Assembly: GCA_963693365.1 (NCBI GenBank)
Contig: CAVNZM010000008.1
Span: forward strand, 8,126,818-8,190,817
Origin: Amoebidium appalachense
Lineage: Eukaryota > Protista > Ichthyosporea
Length of the DNA: 64,000 nucleotides
Reading direction: 5' to 3'
Of this stretch, positions 1-13,348 are shown one piece after another. Made by a program: the position numbers and the translations under genes. Numbering within the stretch: position 1 is the first letter of the stretch; every line of letters starts with the position of its first letter. Below the pieces are notes generated by a model that saw only the letters and a program-made list of their open reading frames with translations, had not been told where the DNA came from and did not search any database.

Positions 1-873
1 GCCTAGATATCATAGTATGGGGCCCCGGGGGAGGGAGAGGTGGGGGGGGAGGGGGGAGGATCCACGGGAAAGACCTTTAGGTGCATGTTCTTATTTATAC
101 CCCCTTCGAATCATCCCCCCTCTCCCCCCCCCTCCCCCCCCCCTGAGTGCAGGCCGTGACGTAGCTACGATAACCCTGCAGAAGGCAACAAAAATGTATT
201 AATTACTAGCACTATACATGTGTTCATAGTGCAGCTTGCACCACGTATGATCTCAGCAACTTTAAAGTAGTCACAAAGTTTAGTTATTTTCATTATTTTC
301 ATTGCTCTGAACTCTATTACTCTGAAATGATCACCGTGCATGTGCCGCAAGATAACAACCCTATATGTGTGCAGCTGCTGCCTGCAGGTTAGACTCGCTG
401 AAAAGACAATTGTCAGTGTGCATCCGACGCTTGCAGCTGCAGCTAGCCTCTGCAACATTAATACTTGCCAAGTGAATGCTCTTACACTTGATCATCATTC
501 ACTCAAAAAACCGAGGACCGACAGATTAAATATTAATGTCGATCCGAATGATCAGCAAGTGTCTATGCGTACTACTATATATACACACACGTAAAATGCG
601 AAGCTATCAGTTACAAGGCACACCTGCTGCACTGGCACACATACACATACACACCGGCAGATCGATGCTGTCAAAATTTACTTTCATGTACTTCGTAGGT
701 CCGACACAGGTGCACATGAACACGTACATATGTACAAGCCGCGCACACACCACACCACACATACACACACACACACACACACTCACACACACACACGCAC
801 ACACGCACACACGCACACACGCACACACGCACGCACGCACGCACACACACACACACACGCACGCACGCGCGCG

Positions 874-935
<62 letters not shown>

Positions 936-1368
936 GACACACACACACACACACACATCACTGGGTGCGCTCGCTGGGGATTAGTTTTTTGGCACGCTGT
1001 TGACTTTATCGTGTGTTTATTATTTGCTATTTATTGGCCAGCGGCCAACATTTAAAAATATACTATATACCTAAAAATAGATACTGACTACGGCCAGCAG
1101 ACATTATACACCTTCCAGGACACATTAACACCAATAGTCTAACACACCATACTCTCGATCACAAAGAATTCCTAACAAACAGAGAAAAGTGCAAAGGCTC
1201 TGTACTATTACTCAGATTCTAAATTTTAATTCTTTACAGTAAACTTCGGAATGAAAGCTAGCCCCCCCCCCCCCCCCCTCCCCCCCTAACATGACTGTAC
1301 GAAGAACAGGTATAACTTGAAGCACTACAACACATATGAGATCCGTTACATTGGTGTACATTCCAATA

Positions 1369-3157
1369 TTAGACACTAGTTTGGCTACTCTGACTACTCT
1401 GAGATCCTGATTGGCTGCCTGCAGACTTGCGGCCACGATTACTTTGCTTTCGATCGTGCCATTGCAGCTGCGTCTCTCCAGCAGGTGGCAACGCCAGGCC
1501 CAGCACAGCAGATGCACGAGAAGGGGGTGGGAACTGCCCACCAGCCGAGGGCTGGCCCACATGGCCCAAGTAAGGATGGGGACCGTGCTGCGGCAGTAGC
1601 CCAGGCATGGGGAAGGCAGGGCCGGGCTGAGGCGGCATGATGCCCCACGGTGGGGGCCAGCCATGTGGGTGGTGCGGGCCTGGATGGGGTGCAGGGGGCA
1701 TGTGCGGCACATGGCCCTGCTGCATGTCAAGCGCGGGTGCTGGTGGCATGGCATCCTGATTGGCTGCAACCCAACGTGGGCAGCTCTTGGCCCGATTGGA
1801 GCCGGGGCAGCCCTTGCCCTGGCGGCCACACGTCTTGCAGGTCTTGGGGGCTCTCTGGGGTGGCTGCATAGGAGGGGGCACCGGCAAATCCATCTGCAGG
1901 GGCCCCTCAGGGCCAATGTTGCGATGCTTTTTGCCCACTAGCATGGGCAAGGGCCGCTCACGCTGCGCCCCTGCATCGACACCGTCTGGAACAGGGAGGG
2001 GTGGCAAGGGGGCAGGCCGTATGGTTGCTGGCACAGCGTCTGCCCTCTCCTCGCGCATACGCTTGCGGTGATCTGCCAGGCCCTCGTGTGTGGAGCGCTG
2101 TGCATGTGCCGTCTGCCAGGTCTTCCACTTGTCGAAATGCTTCTTGATGTAGGCCGCATCCTTCATGTAGATTCCCCCAGCCACAGAGGCAGCCTTGTTG
2201 AAGTCTTGGGCCAAAGCCTCGAACAGCTGGCCGTTGGGCTTTGCATGTGCCTTGTAGGTGCCCAGGAGCAGCGTGCTGAATAGCTTGCGCTCCTGAGGGG
2301 TAAGCACCGGAAGGAAGGGGATGGCCACATGTTGCTTCTGCGCCAGGAACTTGTAGTCGCCCCTCAGTGCAGGGTCCGGCTGTGGTGCACCACGCGCCAC
2401 CTGGTTGCCCCCCCCCATGGCAGCACCGTCACCCTCCTCGACCTCACAGTCCTCTGGCCCGCCCATCACGCCATTGGCTGCAGGCTCGATGTTATCAGAC
2501 GGAGGTGGGGGTGCGGGCACCGCAACTGGCTCCTGCGCCGGGGCATTGGCCACACAGGAGAGCGGGGCAAAGTTGAAGTACTCCTCCGGTAGCTTGTAGC
2601 AGCCTACGGGTACCCACTGGGGGTCGAGGTGATGGCCGTACAGCATCAGCGCCAGTGCCTCCATGTCGTCAACAATCCAGGGGCTGTAGTGGGGGGGCCC
2701 CGATGCCTGGCCCAGGCGGTTGCGGTAGTGTGCACGCAGGTTGTGGCGGTGGCGCCTATTGGACATGGTGGCGTCCAGCAGGCGCAGCGACATGCGTGTG
2801 GCCCCAAAGTGGGTGGCCAGGGGGTTGTGCACTGCCCCCTCCACCTCGTTGGTGCCCCGGATGCAGCGGTAGCGCATGAGCCCATCTGCGTCGGCAGTGG
2901 TCTCGTAGTAGAGGGGCAGGCCGGGGGGGTCCGACAGACAGCCATTTTGGGCGTGTTCGAGCAGCGACTGTGGGGGCACAAGCAAACATCAGAGAGATGG
3001 GTGGGTGGTGGTGGTGGTAGTGTGTGTGTATGTGTGTGTGTGTGTGTGTGTGGGGTGGGGGGGGGGGGGGGGGGGGGGGGGGGGATGGGGTTGCTAAGGA
3101 AAAAAACGAGCAGGGAAAGGCAAAAAACAACTGGCTAGGCAGCAAGGGCCGTGCGGG

Positions 3158-3229
<72 letters not shown>

Positions 3230-3233
3230 ATGT

Positions 3234-3275
<42 letters not shown>

Positions 3276-3817
3276 GGCTAGGGTGTGCGTGTGTGTGCAG
3301 ATGAACCAAGGATGACAAATAAGCGAAGAATCTTTTCTGTGGTGGTGGAGTTGTTGGGCGCCTGCAGGGGGGAGGGGGGGGGGGGGATGTTGCCTCGAGT
3401 CTTTCAAAGCCATCCTTCTTGAACAGAGGCTTGCCATCCGGTCCGGGCGGCACATCCTTGTAGGTGTTTTTGAACTCCACCAGCCGCGAGACCAGCGTGT
3501 ATGGGTCGGGAATAACCCGCCGGATGCGCTCCATGAAGTAGCTCAGGTCGCCGCCCTTGAGCTCGGTTTCAATGTCGATGCCCTTCTGCTCCAGCACCCC
3601 CTGTGAGGCAGGATGCCAATATTAATTTACTACGCACACTGCAATTTGGGTTTGGTAGACTTTGATACCTGCCGTTATTGTAGGACCCCTCCCCTCCACC
3701 CCCCCCATCTTCTCCCCCAACACAAGTAAAAAATGCATGTGGCTATTTCCCCCCACAACCCTACATTATTTCTCTCTAGGCATATGAATAACCCCCACTC
3801 TCCTCCCCCCCCCCCCC

Positions 3818-3861
<44 letters not shown>

Positions 3862-4911
3862 TTGCCCCCCCTCTCTCTGAGGCTCAGGCTCTCTCTCTTC
3901 CCTCAGAAGTTTTGTCGAAGGTGTGCATGGTTGTGGGTGGAATGGTGAGTGTGTGCTAACGAGTGTATGTGTGTGTGCGCGTCAGTCACGCATGTTGTTG
4001 TTGCCGTTTTTTTTATTTTTATTTTTTATTTTTTATTTTGGGGGGGGGGGGGAGGGGGGGGGGGGCACCTTCACATGTCCGTAATCCTCTTCATTCCACA
4101 CAAATATTGCCTCGCTGAGTGCGCGTGCGTACTCAGCCCTGCGGGGGTGTGACTTGTACGTGCCGTCCGCCGTGTTTGCAATGGAGTGGAAGGCGTCATT
4201 CAGCACAGTCTGCCACACCACCTCCCCAGGCGGTGCCTGGCCCAACATGCCCTCTCTGGGAGCTGCCTCGGGTCCCCCTGGGGCTGCCTCAAGGCCCCCC
4301 GGGGCTGCCTGGGGGTCCTGGGGGGGTGCCTGTGGGCCGGCAAGGGGTTGCTGCTGCTCGGCAGGGGGAGGACTGGCAGGGGGAGGGGCTGGGTCAGGGA
4401 CCACCGGCACCTCGGCACCTGGGTCCGGTGGGGGCTGAATGGGCCGTAGCCACTGCAGGTGCACCATCAGCTCAAAGGGCGGCGGGCCCAGCTCTCCCAG
4501 GGTCTTGCCCTTGTCGGGGCCAAAGGGCACCTGCATGGCCGGCGACAGCACCTGATCCACCCGCACCACTGCATGCTTCTTGCCCACCTTCATGCCCCCC
4601 CAGCGCTCCGGCTGCACAGCCAGCACCACCCCGGTGGCTGCTGCAGCATGTGGGCCCCGCCGGGGCACAATCTCAACCCCTTCACCGAGTGCCTTTGCAT
4701 GAAGCCGCGCTGCATGTCATAGAGGGAAGCAAAAAACTCAGCCAAAAAGCCACAGCACCAACGTTTTTCTCTTCGCTCCACAAAAATCAAATGCATATTC
4801 CTTAGCAACCCCCTTCCCCCCCCCCCCCCCCCCCCCCTTCTCCCTCCCCCCCCCCCCCCCTCTCCCAGTGCCCAGCTTGTGTGGCACTTGCACGTGTTAA
4901 CAGTGCTATAG

Positions 4912-4943
<32 letters not shown>

Positions 4944-6561
4944 ACCACCACCACCACCACCACCAATCACCCCCTCCTTTGATAGCCACCCGACACCCAG
5001 CATAACACAACTGGAACACTGGCCCATGTGGTCAGCCACCCCCCCCCCCCCCCCCCCCCCCCTCCCCTCCCCCTCCCCCTCTCCCTCTGGGGGGCCCACA
5101 ATCTTTCTATATCTGGCATAAGCACATAAGCACTGGGGCAAAAAGCAGGTGGGATACACACCTGACAGGTTTGGCCTATCGACCACGGCCGAGTAGACCT
5201 GCAGGGACGCATATGCATCAAGGGCAGCGTAGGTGGCCTGCACCTCTGATAGCGGCTCGTGCCAGTTGGAGCATCGAACAAGTGCCGGCTTGGGCAGCTT
5301 CTTGCCTATGACCTGGGCAGTGATGTCGGCCAAGCCCCGGGCCGCAGAGGTGATAGCTGCACGGGCATAGCAGAACCGGCCCAGCTCCAGATAGCTGGCC
5401 ACAGGGGTGCCGTAGTCCTTGTTGAGGTGGGCCGAGTCCGTGCCGATCTGCTTGCCCACCTTGATGATGCTGGGGTCCCTAAGCAGCGCAATCAGCTCGT
5501 CCACCAGCCGCGCGGGCGGGCTGTGGTTGGGGCCCATGCGTGCCAAGTGGAAGATGTACACGGCCCGTGCGGTGGCAATCTGCAGCGTGCAAACCTTGGA
5601 CCGCGCCTGGCCCACCCGATAGACCCACTCGCAGTCCAGCCCCACCACGCGGTGCTGCTGCCCCTCCAGGTCGGCACGAATGGCCGCTGTAGCCACCACC
5701 GCCCCCTGGCAGTCGGTGTACACCGGCTTAGGGTAGTTGGCCGGCAGCTCCAGCCCAGGCAGACCGTCCGTCACGCTTACCAGCGCAGCCTCGTTCAGAC
5801 GGACGGGGCATTTTGGCCGGGCTAGGGTTGGAAACATGCGCTCAACAAACGCCCGGTCTTGGCAGCACCGATCTGTGTAGAAGAAGGCCGGGCCCTTGCT
5901 GTTGAGCGCCGCCGTGGTGGCAGAGATGCGCTGGATCACGGGCTCAATCTCCTGGTGGCTGCAGTCCCGTGTAAATACCTGCGCCCGGATCTCTGGGGTG
6001 CCGCACTGTGTGAGAGGGCATCTCCGAGCAGCCATGCATGTTCTAGCTTCCCTTACCACATGGCCCTTCACGAGACTTCAGTGCCCACACAATCCTTTCC
6101 CCCTCCCTCCCCCCAAACCCATGTGCCCACATACTTTCCCCTCCCTCTCCCCCAAAACCCTTCCCCCTCCTTCCCCCCAAACCCATGTGCCCACATACTT
6201 TCCCCAGGCCTCCCTTTCCCCCAAAATCTTCCCCCCCCCCCTCCCCCTAAACCCATGTACCTACAATCCTTCCCCCTTCCTCCCCCTAAACCCTTGTGAT
6301 CACAATCCTTTCCCCCCTCTCTGCCTTCCCCCCAAACCCATGTGCCCACGATCCTTCCCCACTCCCCCTCCCCCCAAACCATGGGACAGCCCTCCATATG
6401 GCACCTACTGTCCCCCCCCCCCCCCCCCCCCCCCACCCCACCCCGGGCCTCTTGCCCTCTCTACCTTCAACCCCGACGGTGGTGTCTCTCCCCCCCCCCC
6501 CCCCCCCCCCTGCATCCCTTGCAATCACTGGCCCCTACTCCCATTCTGCTTGGCAGAAGCT

Positions 6562-6624
<63 letters not shown>

Positions 6625-6858
6625 ATTCCCCGCCAAAAGAAAGCTCCACCCCAGCCCACCCCAATCTCTACCCAGCAAAAACACATACACACATATCTGG
6701 AGCTTCCTAGTTTTTGCTCGACAGGGCAAGAATTGTCCCCAAAACCCACATACTACAAACCTCTACTCACAGTGTGCCACCTCATTAAATGTGGAGCCTA
6801 AGAGATTTAAAGGCCCTAGAGGGGGGAGGGGGGGGGGAGGGGGGGGGGAGGGGGGCGT

Positions 6859-6889
<31 letters not shown>

Positions 6890-7329
6890 GGGGGGGGGGG
6901 TGTGTGGGGGGGGGGGGGGGAGGGGGGGAGAGGGGGCCTGGGGGAGAGTGGGGGGAGGGGGGAGAAGAGGAGGGACCACACACCGCCAAGCTCGTTTACA
7001 CAAGTCCATAGGCCTCGGTACAGAGGCTCCCCATTGATGCCGGTGAGCTTCCCAATTTGGAAGGTGTGGTCGGCCTTGAGCACGTTGTTTACGGGCTTGA
7101 GCTGCGTGTCCAGGCTCTGGTACTTTGCCGTGCGGTCGCTGAACTCAGTATACACGGCACTCAGGTATTTGCCTGAACCCCAAGTACTGTTAGAACTCCA
7201 CCACCCTCCCATCAGGACCATCCCCCCCATTCCCTCTAGTCCCTCGTGTTCATCTCACCTCTCTGTATTTTCGTAAGTCTGTATGGCTTTTCCCATCTCA
7301 AAAACGCTACACACCCATCTCCGGCCGTT

Positions 7330-7384
<55 letters not shown>

Positions 7385-7561
7385 CCCCGCCTCCCGGCGC
7401 GCGCAAACCCTCCAAGTCATTGCACCAACTTTCACCTTCTTTCCCCTTTGTGCCCCATCTGCAGTTTGTCCCCTGCACGTCCGTTTGCCCTTCCCCCCAC
7501 ACCCTCCTGCCACTACTATAATAACCATTAAGTACCGCCACCAAGATCCAGTCTACCACCA

Positions 7562-7613
<52 letters not shown>

Positions 7614-7763
7614 CTCTCCACCTCCTTTCCCCCAACACACACAGACACACATGCGCACACCCACCATCTAATTTCAGGCATAACAGTTCTCCACGATTTC
7701 CCAAGCACACTCACTGGTACATGGACCGTTATGCTTTCACCCCTCTGATGATCCCTCTGCCCC

Positions 7764-7808
<45 letters not shown>

Positions 7809-7879
7809 ACCACCACCACCACCACCACCACCATGACTGATTGCCACCACCACCACCTAATCCATCACCATGTCCCCCC

Positions 7880-7914
<35 letters not shown>

Positions 7915-9335
7915 ACCCCCCCCCCCCCCCACACACACACACACGGACCCACAAGTACACGCACACTCACAGGCGCACATCCACCACCACACATCCACCA
8001 CCACCATAATAGAAACTTATTGACCACACTTCCAAAACCCATTTCCAAGTCCCCCCCCCCCCCCTAAAAAAAAAAATAAAAAATAATAAAACAAAACCCT
8101 ACCAAGCCAACCCAAAAAATGCCCAAGCACGTGCATACAAAACAATGGGGACCATTTACACACCCAAAATGCAGTGCACACTTGCCTGAAGGCACATGTC
8201 CAGCGTAACCATTTTTGTCACCAAACGCCGAGAACTTAGCCGCCTGCTCCTCTGGGGGAAGTTCTGTCAGGCGCTGGTCGTGGGGGCGGAAATCGTTACG
8301 CTTTTTGAGTTCATACTTGGTCCAATGCAGCGCCCTCGAGTAATACAGGAGCCGCTGCTCGTCGTATCGCTGCTTGTGGAGCTCCGAGAGGAGGGTGGCA
8401 AAGGCGTTTGGGCCCACACCTTTGTCTGCCAGTGCACGCAACAATGTTACCACCTTTAGGTCGAGCCCACTGCGGTGGCTAAGGTAGGCCGGAAACTGAT
8501 CACGCATGAAGAGTGGAAGGCGTTTAATTGTCTGGGGGTTTGTGCCGGCAAAGTTTTTTTTGCATGTGTCACAAAAGTACCGGGCCGTGATAATGTAGTA
8601 GCAGCTGTCAAAGTCGATAACACGCCGTCCTACGGGGTTGCTCATGAACCCATTGCGAGAAGTACGGTGTGGGTTGGGGTGGTTGTGGGGGTCCACGTAG
8701 TGATCATCGAAGGGGCACGGCACCATGAAACCGGGAGACAACCTTTCCGGAAGCCAGGCAAAACATCTGGGTTTGTAGAAAGGCGCTGGATCGCCCCCAA
8801 ATTTAAAGCCTATAATGGGAGGTGGAAGATGCCACCCCACAGGCGTCTTCTCATCTTTGAGACTCTCTTTCACTGTGTGCAGGTGCGACTTGATTGTTTC
8901 GCCCGCCGCGTCAGAAAACTCCTCTCCACCGTCATCCCCGTCCGTATTATCTTCTCCCTCTTCCTCCCCTTCATCCTCGTCTACCCGGTACGCATCTGCT
9001 GCTGCATTTAGCAAAGGTTCCTCGTCGGGTTGCACCTGTATGTCTGGTGGGTGTGGAGCAGGGGCCCGATCCATTTCTCTTGGTAACGAATGGACGCTAC
9101 CTGCCTCAACTACACGGGCCCTTATGTCGGCGGCCTTAGATAGAGGGGGCTGTTCGGGTTGTACGTTTACGTTTAGTTCCTGCAAAACAGCTTTGTTTGC
9201 CGTCCCAAAACCTGCAAAGTTCGCTAAAGGCTGAACAAATGCAGCATCTTTTTTTTTGCGCCCAGCTCCCTCCCTAGCTCCGCCTGTTTTATGCCCAGGG
9301 CGCTGTGTTGTGCCCTTAGGGCAGCCTGGCTTCAT
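1369..9335 (-). CDS. Spliced DDE transposase-like protein (DUF6729-type, Mutator/ISL3-like DxxH core) with an embedded DEDDy 3'-5' exonuclease, ~1538 aa
   Basis: Hand-built exons: 9335-8186, 7172-6984, 5992-5162, 4709-4069, 3600-3394, 2967-1369. Total 4617 nt in one open frame; introns 1 and 5 are GC-AG, the rest GT-AG. Motifs in order: AT-hook-like GGAREGAGRKKK; Cys/His region VPCPFDDH...YFCDTC and FPAYLSHRSGLD; LKADHTF (D1); FFYTDRCCQD (D2); exonuclease VGLDCEW / VGKQIGTD / SNWHEPLS...YAALDA; VLNDAFH (DxxH); GCLSDPPG; RGTNEVEGAVH (E); C-terminal CKTC..C..C knuckle and a Pro/His-rich tail. Confidence 0.85.
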
Positions 9336-10356
9336 TTTAAACACTTGGGGCCTGGCCCCCTGCCCCCCTAGTGCGACTACGTTACCGCAAACATTCCCGT
9401 ATTCCAGTGTGCTCGGCAATGCTGCTCATGGCCTTCCCGGACTGGTTGTGACCAGTAAAGAGCGCGCCAATTGGCCCGGGTACCATATCAGGAGCGGGCA
9501 ATTTTTGAATTCTCCCTCCCCGGCCCCGCCGGGGAAAATTTGAGGTTTTTGGACCTCAAAGAAGTCAAATCCTGCAAAATCCACTACCGGGAGGCCAAAA
9601 AGGGTGATTTTACAAAAAAGGAGGGACATACATGAAAAAGAGAAAATGGGCGAGTTCAGTGGGCTGCCGATAAGTATATTTCGTGCTGGGCCGGTATACA
9701 TGCTGCCGTGGTTGTTGCTGTAGACGGCAGTATGGCATCGCATGTGTCACGTGACCTGCACGTGAATGCGACCATGTGCAGGCACTGAGTCTAGGGGGAT
9801 TTGTATGTGTGTTTTGGAGCACCGACAAGGCAGAGCCAGGGTGAGGGATGTGTAAACATGGAGTTTAGGGAGATCGTGCTGCTATTGTAACATGTGCACA
9901 AAACAGCCACGTGCACCGGCACACTCCGGTGTACAGAACAATAATATGCACATGCGTCACTGTAATATCATGTATGCGCATGCCGCACAAGGTTTAGGAG
10001 ACCACCACAGTATATACTATTTTCTTTTGGTTGATATCCATGTAGGAATGGTGTGTTGCAGTTGTCATGATCAGCCTGAGGCAGGCACGTGCACTCACTG
10101 AATCACTAGAACTCATGAATAAAAAATACATTCGCTAAAAACGGCAAGGTAAATTTGGGGCCAAGCTATTATTTCCCCCTTTTAAACGTTTTTTTAGCTC
10201 CAAGAACTTCGACGCCAAAATTTCTATATTTGGCCATCGTATATGATAATGAACACGTGTACTTAAATTAAAGTAGTTATATAAATATGAGCGGCCCGTT
10301 ACAAATACAGTGACGAAAAACAGTGACCCACGAGCAGTTTTTCTTTCTATCCCCCC

Positions 10357-10387
<31 letters not shown>

Positions 10388-10846
10388 ACACACACACCAG
10401 ACACACACACCACCACCACGGTGACCACCACCACCACCACCACCACCACTCACCCCTTAAAAAAACCACACACATACGTGCACGTGTACACACACACACA
10501 GAACACCACCACCACCTCCACTGGACCCCATTTCCTCGTTGTTTTCTTAAGCCTTCAGACCAGTCCTGCACACTGGAGTTAAACAATTGAATTCACCTAG
10601 GCTGACATGCATCCACCCCCGCCTTCCACTTCCCTCCCCCCCCACCCCCTCCCCCCACCCCCCCACCCCCACCCCCTCCCCCTCGATGAAGAAGGGCCCC
10701 CGTAAGCCTTGGGGGGGGGGGGGGGAGGGGGGGGAGGGGAGGGGGGAAGGGGGAGCTCTTGAGCCTCCGGGTAGGGAAGTGGGGTCCGGGGATCCGGAGA
10801 GGAGGGGGGGGGGGGGGGGGGGGGGGAGAGGGGCATATAATATTGG

Positions 10847-11718
10847 GCCTAGATATCATAGTATGGGGCCCCGGGGGAGGGAGAGGTGGGGGGGGGAGGG
10901 GGGGAGGATCCACGGGAAAGACCTTTAGGTGCATGTTCTTATTTATACCCCCTTCGAATCATCCCCCTCTCCCCCCCCCTCCCCCCCCTGAGTGCAGGCC
11001 GTGACGTAGCTACGATAACCCTGCAGAAGGCAACAAAAATGTATTAATTACTAGCACTATACATGTGTTCATAGTGCAGCTTGCACCACGTATGATCTCA
11101 GCAACTTTAAAGTAGTCACAAAGTTTAGTTATTTTCATTATTTTCATTGCTCTGAACTCTATTACTCTGAAATGATCACCGTGCATGTGCCGCAAGATAA
11201 CAACCCTATATGTGTGCAGCTGCTGCCTGCAGGTTAGACTCGCTGAAAAGACAATTGTCAGTGTGCATCCGACGCTTGCAGCTGCAGCTAGCCTCTGCAA
11301 CATTAATACTTGCCAAGTGAATGCTCTTACACTTGATCATCATTCACTCAAAAAACCGAGGACCGACAGATTAAATATTAATGTCGATCCGAATGATCAG
11401 CAAGTGTCTATGCGTACTACTATATATACACACACGTAAAATGCGAAGCTATCAGTTACAAGGCACACCTGCTGCACTGGCACACATACACATACACACC
11501 GGCAGATCGATGCTGTCAAAATTTACTTTCATGTACTTCGTAGGTCCGACACAGGTGCACATGAACACGTACATATGTACAAGCCGCGCACACACCACAC
11601 CACACATACACACACACACACACTCACTCACACACACACACGCACACACGCACACACGCACACACGCACACACGCACGCACGCACGCACACACACACACA
11701 CACGCACGCACGCGCGCG

Positions 11719-11786
<68 letters not shown>

Positions 11787-12113
11787 GACACACACACACA
11801 CACACACATCACTGGGTGCGCTCGCTGGGGATTAGTTTTTTGGCACGCTGTTGACTTTATCGTGTGTTTATTATTTGCTATTTATTGGCCAGCGGCCAAC
11901 ATTTAAAAATATACTATATACCTAAAAATAGATACTGACTACGGCCAGCAGACATTATACACCTTCCAGGACACATTAACACCAATAGTCTAACACACCA
12001 TACTCTCGATCACAAAGAATTCCTAACAAACAGAGAAAAGTGCAAAGGCTCTGTACTATTACTCAGATTCTAAATTTTAATTCTTTACAGTAAACTTCGG
12101 AATGAAAGCTAGC

Positions 12114-12145
<32 letters not shown>

Positions 12146-12682
12146 CCCCCTAACATGACTGTACGAAGAACAGGTATAACTTGAAGCACTACAACACATA
12201 TGAGATCCGTTACATTGGTGTACATTCCAATATTAGACACTAGTTTGGCTACTCTGACTACTCTGAGATCCTGATTGGCTGCCTGCAGACTTGCGGCCAC
12301 GATTACTTTGCTTTCGATCGTGCCATTGCAGCTGCGTCTCTCCAGCAGGTGGCAACGCCAGGCCCAGCACAGCAGATGCACGAGAAGGGGGTGGGAACTG
12401 CCCACCAGCCGAGGGCTGGCCCACATGGCCCAAGTAAGGATGGGGACCGTGCTGCGGCAGTAGCCCAGGCATGGGGAAGGCAGGGCCGGGCTGAGGCGGC
12501 ATGATGCCCCACGGTGGGGGCCAGCCATGTGGGTGGTGCGGGCCTGGATGGGGTGCAGGGGGCATGTGCGGCACATGGCCCTGCTGCATGTCAAGCGCGG
12601 GTGCTGGTGGCATGGCATCCTGATTGGCTGCAACCCAACGTGGGCAGCTCTTGGCCCGATTGGAGCCGGGGCAGCCCTTGCC
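10847..12682. repeat. Direct copy of window bases 1-1818
   Basis: Identical ORF pairs at a constant offset (165..458 vs 11010..11303; 340..594 vs 11185..11439). Identity stops abruptly after GCAGCCCTTGCC at 12682. Confidence 0.97.
12233..12682 (-). pseudogene. 5'-truncated copy of the last ~150 codons of the transposase-exonuclease gene
   Basis: Encodes GKGCPGSNRAKSCPRW...SQSSQTSV*. An in-frame stop lies two codons beyond the breakpoint. Confidence 0.85.
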
Positions 12683-13348
12683 TTCTCTCTAGTAGTAGCT
12701 CCTGGCATGCCGCACCCCCCAGAACACGCTTGGGCGCCCTTTGTTATCTTCTTCTCTCAACCTTCTAGCTCACCCGGAACCGTCGTTACTTGTTATCAGA
12801 AGTAAACATACAAAATGGAGTGCAGTGGAAATTTTAGGTCAATTTTCCTCGTGTGTGGCATGGAAGAAGAACCGAACGAGCGTTGGCGCTCCAAAGAGCG
12901 AAGACATCTTTTGCACGATTTAGTGTGCATCGATAGGAGGAGTGGATCTTAGACTCTGGAAAGTTTGCCTGTCAAGCAACTAACGAAGCAAGCAACTTTG
13001 TTTTAAAATCCAAAAACGAAAGGAATAAAGAGGAAGTAAGAGGGAAATAGGAGACGTTCTCTGTTAGATCCGTAGCTGAAGCGAAGCATACATTTGAATA
13101 GCGCTACAGGATTCGAGGAAAGTTGACAGTTGTGGAAGGCAGAAATCCCATTCTTCACCCAAACAGATTCCCCCATATTTCACCTTTACGACATCTCACC
13201 AAAAAGCCATCATTCGCTCACAATTGACCGTCACGCTTACACCCGCACATTCATTTTATAAGCTTTCTCTCATTTTGCTCCTTAAAGGTCTAGACTTCGT
13301 TAGCTTCCTTGTTTTTCTGTTTCGTCCAAAGGCTTTCGACTGGATAGA

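Larger units (their letters stand above)
1..12682 (-). mobile_element. Tandem or direct-repeat-flanked DNA transposon-like unit, period ~10.85 kb; left boundary outside the window
   Basis: Bases 1-1818 recur at 10847-12682, differing essentially only in homopolymer and microsatellite lengths. The unit contains the spliced transposase-exonuclease gene. Confidence 0.75.

Noticed and set aside
3300-3393. ~30 nt mini-intron and extra exon in the transposase
   Set aside because: Direct joining FERLE|SLLEHAQNGCLSDPPG gives the more plausible conserved sequence, and the alternative runs into microsatellite.
9336-10846. Terminal inverted repeats for the transposon
   Set aside because: Only a short, patchy inverted similarity (~9540-9570 vs ~10190-10220) that does not extend.
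12109-12708. Chimeric ORF across the truncation junction (MPGATTREK-ARAAP...)
   Set aside because: It reads the transposase 3' end in the wrong frame; the true frame has a stop just beyond the junction.
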